NCBI GenBank assembly: GCA_026023565.1
Contig: JAPETS010000002.1
Location: 186,001-250,000 of the forward strand
DNA: 64,000 bases
Source of the DNA: Cirrosporium novae-zelandiae
Taxonomy: Eukaryota
Direction of reading: 5' to 3'
A program made the translations under genes and the position numbers. The notes beneath the pieces were generated by a model that did no database searches, was not told the DNA's origin, and saw only the letters and a list, made by a program, of their open reading frames with translations. Numbering within the stretch: the first letter of the stretch is position 1; every line of letters begins with the position of its first letter. This document shows positions 52,763 through 62,017 of the stretch, piece after piece.

Positions 52763-53309
52763 GAAGGATGGAAACACGGAGATGGATTTTATTTTGGCAA
52801 CAAGAAGGAATTATTGAAAAAAGGAGAATGAGCATCGTCTTCCATTTGACTGCCGAGAAAAATATTTATGATAATTAAAGGTGCCCTTGTTGACCGGATT
52901 AGATAGAGGTGGGAGAGTAAATGCGGGGAATCTGAAGAGTTTGGGGGAGAATGCTTCAGTGGTTCGTCGACATCAGAAACTTGAAAAAAACCTGAAAACT
53001 TGAAAAAGATCCAACTCCCTCCACCCTCCATTTCGGGGCGTGCTAAATTATTATACCTCCAATGAAATATTCAACTCCTATCAGTCCAATGTTGCTAGAC
53101 TCCAAAAGTGTTTCAAGGCCATCTTTTTGAACCAATCTACCATGAATCCATCCCACCCTGTTCTGGAATCTGCAGGCAGGCCCAATTCTTTTGACGGTCT
53201 TCAACCTAAGAAGGGAAGGATAGTGTCATCATGCTGGCGCCTTTTCATTAAAAAGCCCGACGGCGGCGCAGGTGTCGGTTGAGATAATGTCAATAACCTA
53301 AATTCAAAA

Positions 53310-54982
53310 ATGGAAATGACAGAGAAGAAAGAGACTCCTCCTCCATGGCAACGAATCCATCCCGACCTATCTATTTTGGGTCGGGATCCTGGGGAACGTA
53401 CAAAATTTCGCCTAAATGTCAACTCCTTCCAGCAAAGTGCTTTGATATCTTTTAAGCAGTGGCAATATGCTGCTTTCTATACTTGTGACTCTGAACCAGA
53501 TGGTGATGGCACATTTCCAAGATATGTTACCCTCGCAAGGCGAAACCTTTGCACCTTTCCTCCCGAGGAGTCAAAGCGGCGTCCCTGGGAGCTCTTGACA
53601 TTTCATGATTACAAGCAGACGACAGATGATGGCCATAATATAATCTCCATTGGCATCTGCTTTGGAGATGGCACCATTCATGTCTCTTTTGACCACCACT
53701 GCGACCCGTAAGCCCCTCTGCCATACCACATTTAGACCACAGAAGCTAACCCGCGGCACTTATAGCTTACATTATCGAATATCTCAGCCTGGTGCCGCCT
53801 TAGAGCCTGATTTATATGAATGGTCTCCGCAACTCTTTAGCCCGGTTAGAAACCATCTGCCTGGTCTACCTTCTGCTACATCCTCAACTCTCCGAGAAAT
53901 CACATATCCTCGCTTTGTTTCTCACGGCGACGACTTAGTCTTTACTCATAGGATTGGGCAGTAATACCCCCCTTAATAATGTGGCGTTGAGGCCGCTTCT
54001 CTAGTCCCTTGTTCTTGTTATGTTCATGCTCCTAGATATATGATCAACATACCTGTCCAATCGCTAATTTCTAGAACAGAGCAGGCGCTGGATCAGATGT
54101 CCTCTACATCTACCGGGCAAGGACTCACGAGTACACTCTCCTTGGAACTTATCTCACGGGAGTAAACAACAACCCGTATATCAACGGCATGGATAGTTTG
54201 TCTGGCTGCCTATACGTTTCATGGTGTTATCGCGAATTTGTGGAATTCGATAATTCATCAGGGACAGCCCACAAACAGCAAGCCGGACCCAATGGACCCG
54301 AGAACAATCGTGACCTTGGATTCATGTATAGTGAAGATGATGGTCAGACATGGTGTAATAATTCTAGTAGAACCATATGTGACTTAAGTCGGGATGAAAC
54401 CGTCAAGCCAGACACAGAAGGCGCAGTGGTCTTACGGATCCCGAAGAATTCCGGTATTCTCAATCAAGAGAGCCAAGCTGCCGATTCGAATGGCGGCTTC
54501 CATGTCTTGAACCGTGAGAAAAGACATGGACAGATGCAATGGATACACTACTATCGGGACTCTTCTGGTCAGTAATCTCTAATATCATCTCCACGCAGAC
54601 GCCGTAGTAGATTAATACAAACACAGGGGTCTGGATTTCAATTCCAATACTTAATGTGATACCGACGGAAACTGGAAATAGGGGAAGCATAGGGGTTGAC
54701 CGAAAGAATAATGTTTTCTTTCTACTTCCCAGCAACACGGACTCCTCGTTAAGTCTCCTAGCGAGTTCACCTGATAGCTCGTATAGAGAAGTTGAGCTGT
54801 TGTGGAAAGGAACGGGCTATGATGGAGAGCCTCTAATTGATATCGAGCGGTTAAAGACGGAGGATATCCTCTCAGTATTTACGCGGATAGAACCAGAACG
54901 TGGTGGAAGTTTGATAGTCATCGACTTTCACCTATATGCATGGAGTTCAGGGCCAAATATTGGTGAAAGTGACGAGGTCTAA
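53310..54982 (+). CDS. BNR_4 beta-propeller protein, PL42-like (putative L-rhamnose-alpha-1,4-D-glucuronate lyase), no signal peptide
   Basis: Exons 53310-53707, 53766-53960, 54080-54567, 54627-54982 join in frame. Motifs LNVNSFQQSALI, WQYAAFY, DDGHNIISIG, DGTIHVSFDHH, ITYPRF, NPYING, Asp-box YSEDDGQTW, ILNQESQ and YDGEPL. Confidence 0.8.
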
Positions 54983-55462
54983 CGGGAATTGGGGAGGGGA
55001 ACTGTTAGGTTGAATTTCTAATCAATAAATTCCAGAAGGGGTATATAGGTACTTTACAGTAGAATGGATCAAGTTGTACCGAGGTACCGGGGAATCATCT
55101 TCCATCACCTTTTCTCCGCATAAATTTCCCCCCACCATCATTGCCTCCCACATTTTTCTCCTGAAAACTCCCCGCATAGGATGCCATATACAGAAAATTT
55201 CCCCTCTGACATATCCTCAATGAGGTAAATGCATCACTAAATCACCGTTGTTGTATCATTATTGCCTAGTTCTATTTCGCCGAATTTTTACAATGCTACC
55301 TTCAACCATCTGGCTGCCCTCGATCATCACGAAACCCATTTGATTTTTCATTATTCTGAATTTAGGTGTCATTTCTGATTCAGGATATATAAATCAACAT
55401 GATATTTCCTCATATTTCATGCTGTTTCTTTGTTTCCTCCATGTTTATTTTCGCTCGTCATC

Positions 55463-57099
55463 ATGATATCTCTAAGCAGCGCCATATTCTTTCTCTGTAT
55501 CCTTTCAAAGCATAGAGCTTTTGCAGGGACCTATGCGGTCCCTTCTTCCCCGCCGTCAAATGCGAGTCTCCAGCTTCTGGATGATCCGGTTGGGGTATCG
55601 TGCGTCTCTACGATCCTACCGAGGTTCTAACATTCTGACCCTGAAGTAGCCTCGAATTTTTTGCCTTCCCTGCATATTTCCAAGACGTTAGCGCTACATT
55701 GACATGTTTGCAAAATCTGGGAGACGCTATGGGCGCTCTTCCACCTGTACGGATTGGTGGTACAACACAGTCAGTCACTCCCAGTTCTATCAGGTCGTCT
55801 TGTTTAACAATGGTATTCTTCCCCATAGGGATCGATCAACCTATGACCCAACTCTCACCAGCGCTGTTTCATACACCGTTGCCTCAGCGGGTGCTGCACC
55901 CAGCTCCCTGACATTCGGCAAGGAATTCATGGAGATAGCGGGAACCTATGACGGAAATGTCACAATCGGCTTCAACCGTCGTCTCAACAACATTAGTAAC
56001 AGTATTGCTGCCGCAAAGGTCGCTGTCGAGGATATTCCATCCCTTTTCGCTATTGAGCTTGGAAACGAACCAGATCTCTATAGCGGAACTGACCCTATTG
56101 CTGTCAATGATACCTGGAATGTGACTCTTGACCAAAAGTCACAGATTCTTTGGCAGAAGACAGTGGGCTCCGAGCTTGGGCTCACCAACTTTATCGAGGC
56201 AGGCGTCTATCTCCAACCTCCCAAGTGGTCTACCGCACTCCTCGCCCCTCTCGAAGTCTCCAACGATGCTTCCCAGTACGTGAAATCCTTCTCCGACCAC
56301 TCGTACCCGCAATCTGCATGCTCAGGCTCCTCCACCGACCTCGAATCACTCATGACGCATTCCAATATCGTCGACTACACGGTAAAATACAAGGGTGACG
56401 CGGACGCAGCACATGACATCGGGAAGACATTCGTTCTGGGAGAAACGAACAGCGCGACATGTGGCGGAGGTGGCATCAGTCCCACATTCGGAGCCGGGCT
56501 GTGGATAATTGATTATATCATGCAGGCTCTTCTCAACCATGTTGACAAGCTTTATTTCCACCAAGGAACCGTTGGGAACTGTGGGCCCTCCACCTCCCAT
56601 CCTCTCTCATGCCCCCAATTCTCGATGGACATCTGACAACCTTTTAGGCCAATACTGCTGGTGGGGCAAATACGACATGGGCGCCCCCTTCTACGGGGCA
56701 TACTTTGTAGCCTCTGCCCTTGCCGGAGCCGACAAGGTTGTCCAGCTCGATGACGGCGCCACCGACTACGCCGTCTACGCCGTATACGAATCCGGTTCCC
56801 CCCTCCGCGCAGTACTGTACAACTCGGAGTACTACACGAGCGGCACCCGAAGCTCTACGACCTTCTCGCTATCGAACCTCGGTTCCAGCCAGAGTAGCGT
56901 CAAGGCAAAGCGTCTAACGGCGCCGTACGCTACGAGTCGGGTGGATAGGGGAGGGAATCCGAGTTTTGGGGGCCAGACTTTTGCGAATGTTACGTGTGCT
57001 ATTCAGGGGACCGAGACGTTTGAGACGACAACGGTGACTAGCGGCGTTGCGACTTTTACTGTTGGAGCGAGCGAGGCGTTGTTGGTGTACTTGGCATGA
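55463..57099 (+). CDS. Secreted glycoside hydrolase family 79 beta-glucuronidase
   Basis: Signal peptide MISLSSAIFFLCILSKHRAFA; exons 55463-55599, 55650-55769, 55829-56580, 56648-57099. Motifs VSLEF, VRIGGTTQD, IELGNEPD (acid/base), LGETNS (nucleophile), FGAGLWIIDY and YFHQG, then a C-terminal beta-sandwich (AKRLTAP..SFGGQTF). Confidence 0.92.
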
Positions 57100-57398
57100 G
57101 GATGGATGGGGGGAGGGGAGGCGGAATGTAGATCGCTCTTGTCCTCCAACATGCGGATGCTCATGAAGGAATTGAAAAGAAAGAAGATAAGTCTGTGTTC
57201 TTCAATTCCTCTCGATTCTTATTATGTGTCCAACGAATGTAGATTTCTAATCCTATATTATATCTTGAATTCTATTAACCTTTAAATCTCTCTTGAGTAT
57301 CCTCGCCAGAACTCCTTGCAGCCAGATATCTATCTCTATGTCGTGTCTCGTAAGGCGTGAACAACCTCCTCTTTCAATACCAATACACCGCTCACCAT

Positions 57399-58110
57399 CT
57401 AGTCAATTCCCCCATTTATCCTTTTCTCTCCTGTCCACTCCTCAACCAACTTCTCTGGCACGTCTCGGACCAGGACGTGAACATGCTCCAATCCAGGCAC
57501 ACTCTGTAAGGCGGCCCAGTTTTTAAACCACATGACCTTATCATCCGCATCCTCGAATCCCTCCTTGCGTATTCTCTCCACAAAAACCCGTTTCACGAAC
57601 TCCTCAATAACCCTCCTACTCTCATCTGTCACGTCTCCACTCTCTGGATCTGTGGCGATTGGTACCTTCGACCATGTACATATATGTACAATCCCGGGGG
57701 ATACGCCATACGGCCAGTCGTTATTGATGATGGTATAATCGCGGGGATCGGTGAAGGGAACGGGGCTATGGATCTCGAAGCGGAGGTTGGGCGTCGTGGA
57801 GATGGGTGTCCAGCGGAGGCGATGCTTTAAGAGGAAGTTGTTGAGGTCACCATATTCTTGTTTGATTCCGACGGACCAGGAGCGGTAGCGGGCGAGGTCA
57901 GAGGGCACACGTCGTAGGGAAGCGAGATCGTTTTTTGCTGCGTGGGCTTGTTAGTAGGGAAGCGAGATGCCATAGATATATATATGTGCAAGACGGACAG
58001 ATTATTCCTTTGAGGTCCTCCCAGGTATGTTTTTTAAAGTGGGCGTCTGCTACATCAGGAGATGAGCTTTTGGAAGAACGGGTCGATGTAGTTGATGTTG
58101 TGGAGGTCAT
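57399..58110 (-). CDS. DUF3605 / Gig1-like (GlcNAc-induced protein 1 family) protein
   Basis: Exons 58110-57999 and 57937-57399. Motifs HTWEDLK..I, LRRVPSDL, NDWPYG, HICTWSK and WFKNWAALQSVPGLEHVHV. Confidence 0.85.
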
Positions 58111-58799
58111 GTCTCTTAATTGATGAAGTATAACGATAGCTTGTGAGAAATTTAGCTGTAAATCATGGAATAACTGTTTGTCTTTATCCCTTCTAGGTTT
58201 TATAAAAAATAAATGAAAAAGATAGTTACAAAACTCGGTGTATTATTTGTGGACAAAAGTAATTAATGGAGCGTCGAGCTTCACGCGATTTAGCCGTATG
58301 CCGTATACTTTGCCGGTTTGCAGGATTTGCAGGGTTTGCAATGTTTGCGGATTTCGGAAGAGTCGCTTTAGTGGCACAAGTGGTGAAAAGCCTTAAAAAA
58401 AGTTGGGGACAAAATAAAGCCGAAATGGGTTACAAAGTGCCTACTTGGGGGGACCCACAACACCGTACTGTACATGAAATCTAATCTTATCGGCACAGGC
58501 CACGGAACAAATTGCCAAAATGGATCTGTTTCTTCCCTCCCACAATCCATTTTCGTCGTGGTGTCGAAGGCTCACGGTGATAAAACCCCTCTCCCCCACC
58601 ATACTTTCATACCCAGTATACTCAATCGTTTCTTGCGATAAGAGTTAAGACGCTTGGAAGAAAGCTGGTTGAGGACATAAAAGGGTTTTCACCTTTGTTC
58701 AGTTCTCATTGCTGCACGGCCAGTTTTCAGCCCTCCCATTAAACCTACTCCACTCATTCTCGGTTTTCTATTGCCGGTTTTCGCCGATTATAACAAAAG

Positions 58800-59864
58800 A
58801 TGGCCAACGAATCATTAATGGCTAGGAAATATATCGATGGCGTTTATATTCCTACTTTGCTGCTGATTGTTGGTACCGCAATTGTAAAAAGGGAATGGGT
58901 TCCTTATGCTGTCGCGGTGGCTGCTATTGCTGGTGGATACAAGATATTCGCTGGTCGTGAGTCTTTCCCTCGATGATTGACTATCCAAACTCTTTCTCGG
59001 CGTAAATAGATATACCAATGCTAACAATCTCTAATCTTAGAACCAAGGAAGGTCCTCAAACCCACAGAATTTCAAGAATTCGAGTTGTCTGAGAAGACAA
59101 TTCTCTCCCACAATACCGCAATCTACCGCTTCAGGCTACCCAACGAAACCGACATCCTTGGCCTCCCAATTGGCCAGCATATTTCCCTCGCTGCAACTAT
59201 TGAAGGACAGCCCAAGGAAGTTGTTCGCTCATACACCCCCATCTCATCAGACGACAATGCCGGCTACTTTGACCTTCTCGTCAAATCTTACCCCCAAGGA
59301 AATATCTCAAAACACCTCGCAACCCTGAAGGTCGGACAAGTCATGAAGGTCCGTGGTCCTAAGGGCGCCATGACATACAAGCCAAATATGTGCTCTAGGA
59401 TAGGCATGATTGCCGGCGGTACTGGTATTACACCAATGCTGCAAGTTGTGAAGGCAATCATCAAGGGGCGTGCTGCTGGGGACAAGACAAAAGTAGATTT
59501 GATTTTCGCCAATGTTAACCCAGAAGATATCTTGTTGAAGGAGGATTTGGACCAGCTAGCCAAAGATGATGCAGATTTCAACGTCCATTATGTCTTGAAT
59601 AACCCACCTAACAAGTGGGATGGTAGCACTGGTTTTGTTACCGCAGATATGATCAAGGCAAGTAACTTCACCCCGCTGTTCAACGGAAGAAAGCGTATAC
59701 TAATTTCGGAATAGGAAAAACTTCCTCCGCCAGCGGACAATATGAAGCTGTTGATTTGCGGACCACCGCCAATGGTGAGTGCTATGAAAAAGGCAGCAGA
59801 ATCATTGGGGTTCAAAAAGCCTAGAGCTGTCAGCAAGCTCGAAGATCAAGTCTTCTGCTTCTGA
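58800..59864 (+). CDS. CBR1: NADH-cytochrome b5 reductase
   Basis: Exons 58800-58956, 59041-59657, 59715-59864 (second intron is GC-AG). N-terminal membrane anchor; [26 protein letters not shown] and CGPPPM motifs; ends DQVFCF. Confidence 0.95.
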
Positions 59865-60057
59865 TTAAGAGGCTCGGGTTAGAATTTATGTAGAGTGAAG
59901 GGCTGCTCGTTGGTTAGGCAGAAAAGGAATAGCTTAAAAGGGTGCTCAAAAGAAGTCGGGATATTTAAATGAGGGCTTCGTAGATGGAAATGATATAAAG
60001 AGCGCTGATGCTTAGAATATATGCATTAACACGCGTTTATTGTACGTCTATATTCGT

Positions 60058-61125
60058 TCATGGGCTAGATGCAGCCAAATCTCCATGTCCCACTTCCTGG
60101 GAAAACTTCTCAAAATCCACACCATGCTTTTTGAACAGTTTCTTCACTTCTTCCAAGGCAACCTTCTGCCTCTCGGGCGTAAATCCACCGGGTCGTGTAC
60201 TTTCATATTGAATCAACTCAACCCATCTGTAGAACAGATTTTGCTTTCCCATCTCTTCCAATTTCTGCTGCATCTGCATAAAGTTCTGCCTGCGGGCATC
60301 ACTTGCGCCCTCATCTAATTTGTGTAGGTTCCACACCAACCAACCATGTGCATCATGATGCGCAATCACAGCTTTTTGAAAATCATCTATAGCTGCTTTT
60401 TTCGTGTCCACCATTTCGTGTGCCTTGATCATGGCTGCGAAGTTTAGGTCCCAACTCTTGTCCATCATTACATATCCTGTTTTCTCTCGGACATATTGGG
60501 GGTCGATAGCGGGCATAATTCGATCGCGAAAGATCTCCCCACTCCTCTCACCATCCTCATCCGTCTCTTCCCCTTCTTCCATCCACGAGGAAGTAAGCTC
60601 GCTATCCCAACTTAGGCGACTGACCCTCACAACAATCTCCTGATCCCTAAATCCGACTTTCCATTTCCATTGTGCCGGGTTTCCGGGCTCCGCAAAAAAG
60701 AATTCCAAGGGCCACGGCCCGATGAATCGAAATAATATGAAATCAGTCAGAAAGATGGCCGCACGCGAAAATATTATCCAAAGTAGATCCGGCCATGATG
60801 TGTTCCCGACGTCGATTGTCGAAGCGGTTTTATTGCCGAGAGTGGAGAGAAGGATGGAGAAGTAGAAGGGGGCGGCGGCGTAGATACGGTATGCGAGGAG
60901 AATCACAATGCTGATGTTAAGGAGGATAGGAACGTAGAATATACGTTTTTTGAAGTCGGCCGGGAAGGTGTCGATGTGGACGATGTAGATATGGGACGGA
61001 GAGAGTGTTTCTAAAAAGGGGAGGAGGGCCTTTGGAGGTGAAGTGAATGGGGCTGGTGGGCCTGTGGGTTTGGGTTTGCGAGGAGTAGATGAGGGTTTTT
61101 TGGAAGAGGCCTTGTTTCGAGCCAT
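60058..61125 (-). CDS. Conserved hypothetical membrane protein (about 2 TM segments)
   Basis: 355-aa single ORF with hydrophobic stretches IFYVPILLNISIVILLAYRI and LLWIIFSRAAIFLTDFILF; C-terminal NLFYRWVELIQYES. Confidence 0.8.
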   Translation of the reverse strand: MARNKASSKKPSSTPRKPKPTGPPAPFTSPPKALLPFLETLSPSHIYIVHIDTFPADFKKRIFYVPILLNISIVILLAYRIYAAAPFYFSILLSTLGNKTASTIDVGNTSWPDLLWIIFSRAAIFLTDFILFRFIGPWPLEFFFAEPGNPAQWKWKVGFRDQEIVVRVSRLSWDSELTSSWMEEGEETDEDGERSGEIFRDRIMPAIDPQYVREKTGYVMMDKSWDLNFAAMIKAHEMVDTKKAAIDDFQKAVIAHHDAHGWLVWNLHKLDEGASDARRQNFMQMQQKLEEMGKQNLFYRWVELIQYESTRPGGFTPERQKVALEEVKKLFKKHGVDFEKFSQEVGHGDLAASSP

Positions 61126-61764
61126 GGGGAATGGAGTTGAGTGTTGAATTAAATGATATAAAAGGTAATGGCCCGTGGAAATGTTTCAAAGAGAATAAAA
61201 AGAGTCTGTAGGAATATAATTCACTAAACTCATTCTCATTATGCAAAAATCGTAATGGTTCATGCAAGTAATGTACAAGTATGCATATTACGTAGCTCTT
61301 TATAAAGCAGGACTTGGCTTTTCTTTCCAGTCAACGATTGTATATAAACTAATTAATTAATCAATCAATCAATCAATCATTTATGCAAAAAAAAAGCTAA
61401 ATAAGTTTTGGATCGTGTCATCATTAGGCGCCAAGCGCTTAAGGGAAGTTTCGGTATCTTTGGTGTACTCTGGTTGTACTCTGGTTATACCCCTTGTACT
61501 TTACCGTGTAAATTACTTGACCAGCAAAGGCCAAGCAAGGACCAGGCTAGTACCTGAATGAAGGGCTGATGAGAGCTCTGTGGGCACTGAGTGATCTGAA
61601 CCATTTAACTTCTAGAAGATCCATTTCCATGTGTCGCACTGTCTTTGGATTTCATTCAAGGTACCAAAAGTCTACCGCCTTTGAGGATGATTAGAGATGA
61701 TTAGAGACAATTAGACATGAGGCGAACTAAGGCGGACAGTTCAGATTGTAAAGTTGTTACAGTG

Positions 61765-61772
61765 CACGTGAC
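61765..61772. promoter_or_regulatory. CACGTGAC (Cbf1-type E-box)
   Basis: Reverse complement of GTCACGTG in the divergent promoter at 61126-62017; an MCB-like AAACGCGA follows near 61827. Confidence 0.3.
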
Positions 61773-62017
61773 TGTATCCGTTGGCAGTATCTCCACCGCT
61801 AGATCCGAACAAGGTTTTTGAAACGAAACGCGACTGGATATACTTCAATGTACCCTTCGTACCTGTCACTTATCCGCAAACACATCATCAACCTAACCCC
61901 ATCCCATTGCAAAGAAGGATTTTTCTGTCTTAACGGGCTTTAGGCTCAGATTATTATTCTTCTTTCTTCATCCTTTGTTTGATTAAAGAATGTCCAAATC
62001 CTTCCCATTCAATTGCA

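Noticed and set aside
54071..54079. Skipped proximal TAG in intron 2 of the PL42-like gene
   Set aside because: The TAG is only about 7 nt from the branch A and the downstream canonical CAG restores the frame, which is ordinary spliceosome behaviour.
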